A stretch of DNA of 63,518 nt, filler included, from Conidiobolus incongruus B7586 (Eukaryota): assembly GCA_000697335.1 (NCBI GenBank). It is 14 parts of 14 records of this genome, joined end to end, with 100 filler letters (N's around TTAATTAATTAA, not from the genome) between each part and the next. Parts side by side here need not be neighbours in the genome. Positions count along the whole stretch, not along the records: positions 24,660 to 29,136 come from JNEM01000221.1; positions 29,237 to 30,843 come from JNEM01000222.1; positions 30,944 to 32,402 come from JNEM01000223.1; positions 32,503 to 34,747 come from JNEM01000225.1; positions 34,848 to 36,090 come from JNEM01000229.1; positions 36,191 to 37,543 come from JNEM01000230.1; positions 37,644 to 46,419 come from JNEM01000239.1; 7 more parts are not named here. The stretch is one strand, 5' to 3'. The notes beneath the pieces are model-generated. The model had not been told where the DNA came from. It saw only the letters and a list, made by a program, of their open reading frames with translations, and made no database searches. The translations under genes were made by a program, and so were the position numbers. Below are positions 25,592-39,959 of this stretch, piece by piece (positions within the stretch are counted from its first letter, which is position 1; each line of letters starts with the position of its first letter).

Positions 25592-27794
25592 TTAACGGCG
25601 ATCAGTAGAACCAGCCTTTCTCTTTCCGGAGAACAAGTGCTTGGGCATCTTAGTAAGAATAGTTCTGTCAGCTTCACCAGCCCTAGCCATGAGATTGGCA
25701 CGACGGCGGCTCTTGCGTCCTTGTATAACAGATTCCATTTTTTGCTATAATAAAATATTAGCTGAAAATTTATATTGATTATCATATGAAGCATTACCGT
25801 AACATCTCTGACACCAAGCATACTTCTGTCTCTTGTAGGAGCCCTAGATACAGTACGAGGAGCGTTGTCATCATCAATATCCATATCATCTTCACCGCGC
25901 TTGTTGGCAAGTGATCTTCCACGTTTCTTGGATTTGACGCTGTTTTGTAAAGCCAAAGAGGGATCCAAGTCAAGGGAAGCCATATGTTCTTTGAGATCAT
26001 TCTTGGTAGAGAGCTAAATAGGGCATCATGATTAGTTGAAATAATAAGTGGAAGAGATTGATAGCATACCTGAGCTCTGATCTTCTTAATAAGAGTAGAT
26101 CTATTCTTGCCCTTGGCGTCACGGCTGGCATTGATGATAAGTTGTTTCTTCTTACGAATTTCAGTGGCAGCAGTGCGGATGGCTTCGTCTTCAGGATCAG
26201 TCATATTGCCATCTGAGTCATAGAAACCTTCTTCAATCAATCTTTCTTCTTCACGCTCTAGGGCTTCTAATTGCTCTTCAATATCAGGATCAACGAAGTC
26301 AGCAATGTTTTTGCCATCCATGATTTCAGGAATATGATCGTATTTCCATTCATCATTGGCAAGCAAGTATTTCTTTTTGAGATCAACATTGTAGACACCA
26401 GCGCCTCCGTTTTCAAGCTCGATATCGCGTTCGAGTTTAGGACGGTTGGGATCGTTGATATCATATTTCATGCGGTTGAGAGCACCTTCAGGAATGTAGG
26501 CAGGACGATCAGTATTGTCTCTAAGCTGAGGTTGAGCAAGATGCAATTTGTTGAGAACATCACTGATCTTGTTGGATTGCATCTTTTGTTCAACACGAGA
26601 AGCCAAAAGTTTATCACAAGCTCTATTCCTGACATCCATAACGCCTTCATCGGTATAACAACTGAGTTGAACAAGCTCAACATTATCACCTTCAATAATT
26701 TCCTTAAGCAAGGCTTGGTCAGAAGGATTCAAATTTTCAGGACGAACAACATCGATCTTGTTGACAACAAGAAGAGTGACTTTGTTAGCAAAGAGAGGCT
26801 TGATGCTGTGATAAAGACGGCATTGTTCGGCAATAGTATAACCACATTGTTCTGATAAATCCATGAAAAACATAATACAAGCTCTCAAGTGAGCTAATGC
26901 AGTAATACTTTGCATTTCAATAGTATTACGCTCTTCTAAGGGATGATCCAAAATACCTGGAGTATCAATTACCTATACAATGATTGTTGGAGTTCATGAA
27001 AATTAGCGAGAAAAATTAAGCTTACCTGCCAGCGCAAATATTTGTAGTCCATATGGCCAACAAATAAGGATTTGGTGGTAAAAGCATAGGGTTGAACATC
27101 AACATCAGCTCTAGTGATCTTATTAAGGAAACTGGATTTTCCGACGTTGGGATAACCACATACAAGTAAAGTACGAGTGTTGGGATCAATAGAAGGAAGA
27201 CGAGCTAAATGCTGGCGAACTTGTTCCAAATAGACTAAACTATCCTTTTGGCGTTTCATAATGGTGGCCATTCTATATAATAATAAATATATGTGGGAGC
27301 TGAAATAAAGAATATAAATTACCTTCCGAGAGCAGCCCTTTTAAGTTGTTTACAACGATATAAAGAATCACCAAATTTCAACAGTTTGACATAATCCTTG
27401 GCAACAGAATTAATCATATGTTTGGCAGTATTGATTTGACCAAGAGCTAATTTGTAGTGGTCTTTGTCGTACAAAACATTCATAAGATCTGCATAGAAAG
27501 GATGAATACTCTATTGTCCAAAAAGGAGTTAATTTGAAAAGTGATCATAACATATATGAATAGAATAATTACATCCAAAACAGGGAATTCTTCAAGGATA
27601 CCATTTAGCTTTTCTTCGAAACTGTCTTGGGTGAATTTGACTTTTCTCATATAAAAGTTACGGATTCTGGAAATAGCATAGTTTTTATGAATCACCGTAG
27701 GGGTCTTTCTCTGGGTCTTAGAAAGAACAATATCCAAAAAGTCATTGGAAGTGGGTACAACAGCAATTTTCTTGAAATTATAAATTGATGCCAT
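25592..27794 (-). CDS. NOG1: Nucleolar GTP-binding protein 1, 6 exons (27794-27573, 27510-27323, 27272-27026, 26972-26070, 26013-25798, 25744-25592)
   Basis: [57 protein letters not shown] and C-terminal PKHLFSGKR. Introns keep the frame. Confidence 0.98.
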
Positions 27795-30543
27795 TGTTTC
27801 TATGGATAAAGAAGTGAACTATTGTATATTATAAGGATTCCTTTACTTAATCCAATGAATTAATAAAGTAATAAAAATAGTCAGATTGTTATTTTGAACT
27901 ATAAATAAAATTTTTTTTCAAATTTATTCACCAATTAAATTCATTAAACAATGTTCAACAAACTCAATTTTAGATTTTTGAATTCAATCCCATAATTTTT
28001 GTATCAAAAAAATATTAATTAAATGATGTTATGATATGGAATAAAATTTTCACAAATTAATAATCTATAATATATAAATCTATTTTATAAACTTAGTATT
28101 TAATAAACTTTCATTTATTTAAAATTTACTTTATTGTTCAATTCCTTTAAATATATTTATTTTTTTCCTTCCATAAATAACATACAATTTTATTACTTTT
28201 TTTAATATAAGCCATAATGATTTTTATATGATAATCAAATTCAAACTCTAATTTTGGTCTATTCTAGAATTTTTTTTCAAATACACATCTGGCTTTTTGA
28301 TAAATTTATACTATGTGAATATTGAATATTGCTAAATAATCGTTAGTATATATATCTTTTAATTTTTATAATGGCAATGTTTAGTTTTGCAAATTGGTTG
28401 ATTGTAAAATTGTGATTAGATTTTTATATTTCTAAATTTCTCCGAAATATCAAATTATTTGATTAAATTAGTATCTTTAATCTTTGGAATTATTTTTCCT
28501 TAAACCCTATATTTTGAAAAAATTTTATCATTTGAGACGAATCAGATTGTGTTAATGTTACATACATTATCAGTTTGTTATAAATTTTACAATATATATA
28601 TATATAATGTAAAATATGAAAATTAGATCAAATTTTATAATATTAGTATTTATAATTTGATCATCATATAATAATGAAATGGTATAAGGTACTTAATAAT
28701 AAAGGGAATAAACGAACAAATTATTCATCAAAAAATTAATTTATTTTCTTAATCCTTTAAAATGATTTTTTTTCTTTTTGAATGTTGATAATGTAATGAT
28801 TTCAATAATTGCACCAGTAATTTGTATTTTAATATTTCTTATAGTTATATATGACTATAGAATAATTAAACTGATATTTGTTTAATTTAAATTTACGATA
28901 AGTCATTATTTTCATTAGACCAGTTATTAAAATTGTTCCTAAATTTTATTATTTGATCTTTGAATGATTTATTACTTATTTATATTCAAAATTCTGTAAA
29001 TATATAAATTAACTTAAATTGATTAATAATATTCCTTTTTTTATATTAATAATAACTTTTTCTATGAATGTATATAATGATTTTTCTTATTTGATTTGAT
29101 ATCACATTCATCATTTATTATATATATTTGATATAANNNNNNNNNNNNNNNNNNNNNNNNNNNNNNNNNNNNNNNNNNNNTTAATTAATTAANNNNNNNN
29201 NNNNNNNNNNNNNNNNNNNNNNNNNNNNNNNNNNNNATTTAAATTTAATTTTAATATTTATTTATATATCAATAATTATATTATAATTAGTTTATTTATG
29301 ATTTTAAATTTAATAATTATTATTCCAAAATATTTATTTAAAATGGCCTTATTATTAAACAAATTGAAAAAAAAGAAAAATAATTTTTGTAATATTTTAA
29401 ATAAAATATAAATTTGATATTATATATTGTTAATTTTTATTATTAGAAAAAATCCTTTATTTTTATAATAAACTAGATCTTTCACAAAATATATATCTAT
29501 TAAAGTATAATAATTATTAAATATAACTTAGAGTGATTAATTAAATATTTCACAATAATATAAATATGGATATTATATAAATTAATATTTAAAATAAATT
29601 TTATTAATCCATAATAAAATATGATTAAAGTATTAATGAATGCAAAATTATTAATTTTATATTTAAAAATTTAATAAGGCCAGATTATCTATAATATATA
29701 AATTTATTCCTCCGAATAAAATTAAACTATAGATTAACAGAATATTTTTCATCTTTTAAATTTTTTAAATTACTAAAATATTTTATATCATCAGTAAATT
29801 TTACATATTAATCAATCTTATGATAATTGCTGATATATTTATTCTAGGTTTTATAAATAGCTCTTCTATTGAAATATCATATTTCAATATTAGCTGATAA
29901 TTTATCATTACTACAGAGTATTTACTATTAAATAACCAGTTTAATTTTTATTTTAATTAATAAAATAAATGGTTAAAAATATATTGATATTCAAAATATT
30001 ATAAATATTTTTGAATAAAATTTGATTTCATATATTTATTGATTAAACTATGAATATTAAATCACTTGATAATTCAACAAGTTATGGATATTAAATGAAC
30101 AAAATAATTATATTAAAATAAAATACCAAATACTTTATATCTATTCAAATTTAGTAATAAATATATAAAAAGAAACTATACAAAATAGTGAAAAATACAT
30201 TAATTTAATCATATACACTACAATACAATATTTACAACTATATCATAATTATTATCTTTAAAATCCTTTTATTTTCAATAAAATTTTTCAAAACCTTAAT
30301 TGAATTATAGAATTTGATAATTGATTAAGATATAATCATTTTATGTAATTAATATAAAAATTATTATTTTAATCTTTTATGAATAACATCAATTCATTAA
30401 TTTTTCAACTATTTAATATATTAGTTAAAAATTTTATAATTTCAAATTTTTCTAAATTTTTAAGATTTTTGAATAATTATATATAAAAAAGTAAAAATCA
30501 AGTAGGGAATAAAAATTAAGTAAAAAGTAAATAACATTTGGTG

Positions 30544-30777
30544 TGTTGGGTCGTTAATAAAATCAAGTAAATGCCAAAAATCAGTTTACTCTACAAGGTG
30601 GTGAATTTCAGCTCAAGCTGATATCTCCGTAGCTTTAAACTTCAAATCCACACAATTTAAATTCTACAAACTTTCATCTAAAGCGCTACCTTCGATCTAA
30701 TTCTTAACATCATACCTAAACTTGTTAATCCATTCCATCTCAAATCAAAGTACTCAGTTCGCAATCAATATCTAACA
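30544..30777. mobile_element. Candidate LTR (possibly solo) of an LTR retrotransposon
   Basis: 234-bp GC-richer segment bounded by TGTTGG...CTAACA, flanked by near-identical 5-mers TGGTG/TAGTG, next to a gap. Confidence 0.5.
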
Positions 30778-30943
30778 TAGTGGAGTGTTAGTGAGAGAAT
30801 TTCTCAACAAAGTGGCCACATTTTCATAACGGCTCCGTGTCCGNNNNNNNNNNNNNNNNNNNNNNNNNNNNNNNNNNNNNNNNNNNNTTAATTAATTAAN
30901 NNNNNNNNNNNNNNNNNNNNNNNNNNNNNNNNNNNNNNNNNNN

Positions 30944-32402
30944 TTACTTATATTTTAAATAATTCTTAATTAAATAAATTTAAATTAAAATATATAATTT
31001 ACCTATATTAATTGATTATAATTAACTATATTTGATTATATTTAATTAACTATTGATTAATATATTAAAACTTAAAATTTAACCAAGGTGAGTTATAAAT
31101 TTATAGGTTTATAAATTAAAAGGATATAAATAACAAAACTTATATATATCTTTTTTTTATTGTATTATATATATGATAAAACTATTAAGCTAATATTTCA
31201 AAATTAATATTATAATACCTAAATCTCTCTCTAAAAAAACTCACTTATATATTAGTTAACTTCATAATAAAAATAAATCAACTTATGAGATTGCTAGAAT
31301 TATTAGTGTTAGTTAATATATTATAGCTAGGGTTATTAAAAAGAATATTAAAGAAACATTTAAACTAAAACTTAAGTGTATTAAAATTATAGATAAATAT
31401 GATAAAAAGTAAATTTATAGATTAGTTAATATAAGTAAATATAATACTATTGTAGAAATATATAAGAATATTAGTTAGTATTAATACTATTATATGTATT
31501 TTATATTAAAATAAATATTACTCATACTTCAAAAAAAACACCCTTAACTAAAGAAGTTTTACTATAAAGTTAAGCAAGAGTTTAAATGTCAATACTAAAA
31601 TTAAACTGAAACTAACTAGAGTAAAGCTATTTAATTTAATAAAACAAAAATATATTTTAATAAATTTAATAAAAGAGCTAGATATTTCAAAGAAAATAAA
31701 GAACTACTTTATCACTATTATATTATTACAATCTAAAAATACAATGGTAGGTTAATTATAATTTAAGAATATATGTTATTTTTAAATATAAGGTATCTTT
31801 ATAAAGTTAATAAGGGAATTAATGCTGAAATATACTAAAGTATTCTAAACAATAAATTGAAAAAAACTATTAAATAGTATAGATTAAAAAAATCAAATAT
31901 TATTTTTTAACAAGGTAATATACTTTGTTATACTACAAATTCTACTATTAAATAGCTTAAAAATAACAAAATAACTATTATAAAATAATTTCTTTAATTT
32001 TTTAATTTTAACCTAATTGAATATCTTTGGGATCAATTAAAAAAATTAATTAAAGCTTTCCCCCTAGCAAAAAATTTAAATTAACTTTAAGAGTATATTT
32101 AAGAAACTTAGAATAGTATTAGTTTTGCTTAATATAAAAAGCTAATTAATTTTATACCCTATAAACTTAAAGAAGTTAGAAAAGCAAAAGATAGATATAC
32201 TAAATATTAATTTTTCTATTAATACTAAAACCTATAAATTTATAACTCATCTTAAGTATATTTTTAATTTTAATATATCAATTAATAATTAATTAAATTT
32301 AACTTTATATATTATATTATAAATAAAAAATAAATATTAATTATATAGTTTAATATAAGTTTATTTAAATTAGAATTGATTAAGATATTAATAGAAATAT
32401 AT
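30944..32402 (+). mobile_element. Degenerate Tc1-family transposon, copy B (fills a whole small contig)
   Basis: Colinear with 23025-24490. Relic start ATACCTAAATCTCTC (cf. MPKSL), HTH remnant YEIARIISVS*, NLIEYLWDQLK and KAKDRYTKY*. Confidence 0.88.
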
Positions 32403-32502
32403 NNNNNNNNNNNNNNNNNNNNNNNNNNNNNNNNNNNNNNNNNNNNTTAATTAATTAANNNNNNNNNNNNNNNNNNNNNNNNNNNNNNNNNNNNNNNNNN
32501 NN

Positions 32503-34747
32503 TAACTTTTAATCTCTTAAAATTTTTATTTAATTAGCTTAGTTTTAATTTAATTTATATTGTATTTTTAATTATAAGACAAATAATAAATATGAGAAAA
32601 TATGTTAAGTTTACCCGTATAAATATTATTTTAAAGCTAATAACATTCTAGTTATTGAAAAAAATATATTATATCAAAATATCATATCTATATATAAGAA
32701 TTATTTATTTTAATTGAAATAATCAAAAACCACTTATATTTCTTATATTGTAATTGTTTTTTAATATATACAAACTATAAATTACTTATTCAATATTTAA
32801 AAGTATTATTCAACAAAATAAACTAGATAAATTTAAAAAATTTAAGTTTATTGTTTTTTTTCTAATAACTCTTAGTTTAATAAAATTATATTTAAATATT
32901 TAATTTGAAAATTTTATATATGTATTTTTTTATTTTAAATATATAAACCAATAATTATTAACTCAATAATAATTAATAAAAAATTATTAAATTTTTTATC
33001 TGTTTTAAAAAATATAATTTAATAATGATTACTTTATTTATATAAAAGAAGAACTTTTTAAAGTACTAAGTAATTAATTAACATATGTTATAAAGTTTAA
33101 AATTATTGATAACTTATTATACTATGATAATTGCTTATATATTTTAATTTTCTTAAGATTTAATATGCAATGTTTGATAAATATTATGACTTATCTTTTA
33201 TTGTATATTATAAATAATTAAAAACTACTAAAAGAATTAAACAAATGTTATTAGCTTTTTTAATCATATTAATTTAGAAATTCACTAATACCTTTGATAA
33301 ATATTAAAATAATTATATATAATACCCATATAATTTATAGTAAACTTATTCCCTTATAAGTTCTGTAAAAAACTTAATAACAAATCTAATTTGATTTTAT
33401 AGAAATTCTTGAATCAACAAATCATAATAATAACTTATTAATTGATATAAATTTATTCTCTAAATATATTTATTTTATTTTTTTTTCAAAACTTCTATAG
33501 TTAAAGTCATTTTATAATTGTTGTTTTTTGATATTTTTATTAATTATAAAATTCCTCAAATCATTATATTTAATTGATACATTTAATTCAACTCTTGATT
33601 TTAGAAGATATTATTTTTTTCCCTCAAGATTAACTTATCTGTATTTATTACCTATTATCATTAAATTAATATATTTAATAGAAAAATTATTAAAACCTTA
33701 AAGTAAATAATTAAAGCTAATATTAATATTAATTAATTAAATTAAACTACTTATAACTATTAACTTAAATATTTATTCAATAACTTTATTAATCAATGAA
33801 TAAGTTTTATCCATTATTTTATTAATTATAATAAACATCGTAATAGTTACTTTTAAAATTCAAATTAACTAATTATTAAATATTTTTAATCATTAAATTA
33901 ATATAAAATATATTAATACTCTAATGAAATTTGAAAGAAAATCTAAATATTATAGAATAGCAAAGTTTAAATTTAATTAAAAATCCTTTTAAATATAAAA
34001 TAAGTATATTTCTTTATCTAGAATAATCTGTTCTTAAATTCACCAGACTTAAATCTAATTTAATTCTAAATTATTCATTATTATATAATAAACTTTATCA
34101 AATTTAATTTATTTTTTTAGATTTCCAAAATATTATATTAATATTATTTTTTATTTCAAAGTTTTACTTTATCTTTTATTTATCTAAAATCAAACTTTAT
34201 TTGAAAGATTTTAATATATTTTTCAATTAATGAATGAATATCAATTTAAATCTAATTTTTGATTAAATTAGAAAAGTAAGATTTAATATTAATTATATAA
34301 TTCAATATAAATTTATTAGGAATAAGCTTTAATTTTAAATAAAATAAATATATTATCTTATTATAAAAAGATATCTAAAAATATTAAAATATTAAAAATA
34401 TCTTAACTTGTTATATCTAATTATAAAAATTCAAAAAAATTTTACTATTAAGAAATTTACTAAAAGAGTGTTAAAAAAGTTATTCACTAAATTCTTATAT
34501 ATATTTCTATAAAACTTTAAAATAAATTATATAATTAAGTTATAATTCTATAACCAAACTAATTTTTTAATCAATATTGGAATTTTTAATATACTAGGTT
34601 TTTTTTTAATTTTCTGAATTTTTAATCTTTATATTATTATTAAAAATAAAAATAAAATCTATTAATATTATAATATAATTGCACTACCTATTATAAATCT
34701 CAATATATTAATATCTTATCCTAATTTAAATCTTAATTAAACTTTAT
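32503..34747. mobile_element. Unclassified, highly AT-rich transposon relic DNA, including a Tc1-like SPDLN remnant
   Basis: TCA CCA GAC TTA AAT CTA ATT at 34040-34060 reads SPDLNLI (cf. SPDLNPIE). C/G depletion is like that of the recognised relics. Confidence 0.4.
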
Positions 34748-34899
34748 NNNNNNNNNNNNNNNNNNNNNNNNNNNNNNNNNNNNNNNNNNNNTTAATTAAT
34801 TAANNNNNNNNNNNNNNNNNNNNNNNNNNNNNNNNNNNNNNNNNNNNTATTAAAGCCAAATAAATATAAAATTTTTTATAATCTTAATATTAAGAGAAT

Positions 34900-36090
34900 A
34901 TAATTTATTAATCTTAAATTTAAGTGTTATATTTTAGAATTACCATTTATTTTATTATTTTGTATTTAAAATAATAAGAGTTTTTGTAATTAAAAATAAT
35001 TATACATACTGATATATGATATATAAAAATAAATTTATATTATAAATTTAATTGTTTGTTTTATTATTAATATCTTTTTGCTATATTTTTGGCAAAGTTC
35101 TAATACCTAAAAATAGCTCTTTTTATTAAAGACTGAAATTTATTACTTCATAAATTAATTATATTTTTTTACAAATATTTTCTTTTTTGCAAGCTAGTTT
35201 TTTAATTACTTAAAGCAAATATAATCATATAAGTTATAATCTAAAAAAAATATTAGATATAGCAGTTTTTTCTAGTTATTCTTAATTAGAAAATTTTTAT
35301 ATTGTTAAATTTAGATATTTTATAATTATTATGGAAAATAATAAGTTTTTTTATATTATATTCAGAATATTAATTAAAAATACTTTTATCTAAAAAATAT
35401 AAAACTCATTATTAATTGATTTTTCTTCAAAAACTTGATAAAAATAGCATATATTATTATAATATATTATAATAATCAATTTTTGTTTAGTAATGAAATA
35501 TTTATTTAAAGGAATTTATAAAAAGGGTTAATTTAACTTAATTTAGCATTTTATTTGGTATTTTAATAGAGAGTTATACAAAAGGATTTAAAATTCATCA
35601 ATTATAATTATTTCCTACAAAGGCTTAGATTTTTAGTAATATTTAAGTAAATTATATTTAATAATAACTATTCTAGCTTTTTTTAATCTTTAATTAAATA
35701 TATAAAATAATTATTTTATATTTTTATTTAATAATTTAAGTTTAAACTTTAATATATATAAAATACTTATAAAACTAATATTAAAATATTTAGATAATTT
35801 TTTAATTGAGATAAAAAGGTGTTTTTTAATATATTTTTTCACTCTATTAATAAATAAAAAAATAACAATTAAAATTAATCTTTTCCAATTTTAATAAGTT
35901 TTAGATATTTTTTGTTTTAACCTTAAAAAAATTACCTAGCAATAAATTATTAATTTGAATAACATTTTATTATCTAAAGTTACTTGTAAATTTTAGATAA
36001 TTTTAGAGTATTTATGATTAAATTTTATTAATATTAAAATAAAAGACTTTTGATAATTATTATTTAATTTAATTATATTTAAATTAATTA
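34900..36090 (-). mobile_element. Degenerate mariner-family transposon, copy B
   Basis: Minus-strand remnants HLFISIKKLSKYFNIS (HTH), IIIIDE (cf. IITGDE) and LDYNLYDYICFK*LKN*L (cf. SPDxNPCDY..F..LKNWL). Confidence 0.75.
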
Positions 36091-37399
36091 NNNNNNNNNN
36101 NNNNNNNNNNNNNNNNNNNNNNNNNNNNNNNNNNTTAATTAATTAANNNNNNNNNNNNNNNNNNNNNNNNNNNNNNNNNNNNNNNNNNNNTTTAATAAAT
36201 TAAATTTTTTTAATATATATAATTTAATTTATAAAATCATTTGTTTATTAAAACTTTTGTGGATTAATTCAAAATCTTTTAATTAATTATAAAAAAGATG
36301 ATTTTAAAGTTATATTAATATTATTCAAATTTAACTTATAATTAATAGATTAAAATTATTATAAATTAAATTGATATTATTTTTTAAAGGGATATTTATT
36401 AACTTTATAGTTAAGTTTTTCAATAGTAATAACAACCTTTATTTATTTTTAAATAAGATTTAACTATTTTATTAAATATTTTCCTATCAAACTTTAAAAC
36501 AAAAATATTTATCATTTAAGATTTAAGTAGGTTAAAATAATTTTTAAAAGATTAATTTTTTAAATAAAAAAATTTAGTTATAAAATAAAAAATATCATTG
36601 ATTATATTTGTTATATCATAAATATCAAAAAAAACACTTATTATTAAAATATTTTTTATTAATTAATTAAAACTTTAGTTAAAAATTAAAGCTTTATAAT
36701 AATTTGTAGATTTATTTTTTTTAGTAATATTTAATATATTTAAGTATATTTTATTAAATTTCTCAATTAATTATTTTTTAGAAGTTTTTATTTAAGTTAA
36801 AAAAGCTTTTCTTTTATTAATTAAACTTAATTTTTTAAGTAATATTTTTTTTAAAAGTTTTTTTAATTGTTTAAAAGTTTATACTCTTATAATAAGTTAT
36901 CTTCTTAAAAATTCTTTAAGATTAAATTTATAGTTAGTTAACTATTAAATATAAGTAAATTTTTCTAAAAAAGTATTTTATTTGAGGGTATTCTTTATAT
37001 CATTATTAAAAATTAAATTAAAATAATTCTTTATATTTTTAAAATAGCTTTTAAGCTTATAAAGGTTTTTAAAACTATTATAAATAGTTAATTTTTTTTA
37101 AAAAAAATTAAAGAAATAATTTAATACAATAATAGTAATGAAATAATTAGTTTGTTAAATTTAAACTTTTTAAATTATATCTTTCTTAACTAAAAGTTAG
37201 TTAATATAAGTTTTTCAATAGTAATAAGCTTTTAAAGATTAAAGTCTTAAATTTACTTAATAATTAAATTATTATTATTATTATTAAAATAATATAAGGG
37301 TATTTTTTTAAAATAGTATAATTATGTATAATATTAAAATTAAATAAAATAAGCTATATAAAATTTAAAATAATAATAAATAAAGTTAATACAAATATT

Positions 37400-37800
37400 T
37401 ATTAATTTTCTAATAGAACTTTTAATAGTTTTATTATTACTTTAAAATAAATATAATAGTAAAAGGTTATTAATATAATATAGAAGAAAACTTAATATAA
37501 AAATAATGTAATATAATATATAATAATATAATATAAAGATAAANNNNNNNNNNNNNNNNNNNNNNNNNNNNNNNNNNNNNNNNNNNNTTAATTAATTAAN
37601 NNNNNNNNNNNNNNNNNNNNNNNNNNNNNNNNNNNNNNNNNNNATCTATTAATTTTAATAGGTTTTTAATAGTTTTGTTGCTGTTATTATATAAATATAA
37701 TAGTAAAATACTAATATATAATAAAAGAAAACTTTAATATAAAAGTAATATAATATAAAATATAATATTATAATATAGTTATAATATATAAATATAAACA
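37400..37800. repeat. Diverged ~140-bp direct repeat on either side of a gap (37400-37543 and 37650-37800)
   Basis: ttttaatagtttt...aaatataatagtaaaa...gaaaactt...aatata recurs, with differences, on both flanks. Confidence 0.6.
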
Positions 37801-39959
37801 AAGTTTAATTAAGCTTCAAATTGGGATAAGTCACTAATATATTAAGATTTATATTAGGTAATATTAATATACTATAAAATTAATAAAATATAGTCTTAAT
37901 CTTAAAAATAATATAAAGGATAAAGAATAATAAAAATTAAGAGGGAAAAAAAGAGGCTTTTAATTTATTAAATAATTTAATTTTATTTATATAATTAATT
38001 TAACCATAAAAAATATATATATAAATTTAAAGAATTAGTTTTTTAACATAAGTTTTTTAAATTTAAAATATATAAATATATTAAAAGATAAATAAACAAC
38101 TATATATTAAAGGTTATATATACATTATTTTGTTATAAAATAACTGTATATGAAATATTAGTTGATTTTCAAGTATAATATAATTATTATTTAAATAACC
38201 AATATTGTTATTAAAAAGAGGCTATTATAAATAGAATTTTTCTATATTATAATAATATTTTAGCTAAAATATTTAATCTTTTATTCTTTCTCTAATAGAA
38301 TATATTATCTTTTTAATATATAAAATAATAATTTTTTTTATTCAGAATTATTTATTTATATCTTATAAATATATTTTTTTGTAACTTAGTAAATTATAAC
38401 TATTAACTAAGTTTCTTGAGATATTTATTTCTTTTGATATAAAGAAATAAAATTCATACGTAATTATAAAATATTAGCAAATTAAAAAAATTAGCCTTTA
38501 ATATCTTTATTTATCTTTTGAAATTATTTTCTTCAAAAGAAAGTTTATATATAAACTATGCCAACAAATATAATATATATAATAAATATGGAAATATATA
38601 TCTTGAGTTTTTTTAGTTTATATAATAATCTTAAAATTATTAGATTATTTATATTCTTATTGAAGTTAATTATAATAAAGGTAATAAAAAACTTTATTAT
38701 CTTTTTTATACTAAGTATAATAAAAAAATAAAACTAATAAAATGATTTTGATAAATATTATATATTTTTTAATTTAAGAAAAAAAATACTTAGTTATTAA
38801 TTATTTTAAAACTTTAGAGTTAATTATGGGAAAACATCCTTGAATTTTTTTTGGGATATATTTAAGCATATATTTAACATTTTTCAAAAAAATCAAGAAA
38901 ATCATGAATCAGGATAGATTTGAGTTAGCCCAATAAGATCTTTGATATTTTAAGGATTAGGTACTAATAATAAATGCTAATTAATTCGATATTAATTATT
39001 AAATTTAATACTAATTAAATTTCAATGGATTAAAAATATTTGTATTAATTATTTAATAGTATTAAAAATTAATGATAAATTTGTATAAAAGATATATTAT
39101 ATAGACCAAATTATCTTAATATATAAATCATGCCATAATGATTAATATTATTTGCATTATTTATAATCAATATAAGCAATCAATTCCTATGGTAAATAAT
39201 TGATGCTTTGATTCAAAACCCAATTCATCCATTTTAATTATAATGAACAATATTATGATTAAAGAGGGATCAAATTTATAAAATAGGACATACCATTGAA
39301 AGATAGTAATTATATAATCTTTTGTATTATCTGATGGTTATTAAGTTAATTTTTATACTAATATCAGTATTTCAAAATATCAATATTTTAAACTTTTATT
39401 AATTTCATATTAAAATAATGATATTTTAGAATTTTAATATTTTAATTTTAATTATTGATTTAATGAAATTAACTCAATTTTCAATATTTATATATACCAT
39501 TAAAAGTATATTTAAAAAGCAACACATTAATTTTTAATTCCCAGGTTATTAATCAATATTTTTTAAACATTTTAACTTATAATAATAAGTTTGGTTTAAT
39601 GAAAAGATATTTATTAATTTTTTGGACTTGAAAATACTTATTAGAATCATCAAAATTGGTAATTTCAGGTACACTTGATGATAATATTAATTAAATTGAT
39701 ATTGGTAATACAGGTTAATTTTTTGATTATATATATTAATTGGATATTGTTTTAATAAGCCACTTCAGGATAATTATTTTAATAAAAAATTGAATGTGAT
39801 AACTAATAGGACGCAATTTTTATCAAATATATAAAGCAATAATATTGGTGTAGTTACAAAAAATTAAATACAAATTTAATTATTTAATATACAAACGTTC
39901 AATAATTGAGCTTTTTAATTAAGAATTTAAAAAAAACATAAAAAGCTAGAGCGATGGTA

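Noticed and set aside
26267..26855. 194-aa + strand ORF and alternative-frame ORFs inside NOG1
   Set aside because: They are shadows of a codon-biased gene with no recognisable motifs.
27905..27921. RRPE-like TGAAAAAAAATTTT upstream of NOG1
   Set aside because: Biologically plausible, but A/T-only motifs are too frequent here to support it.
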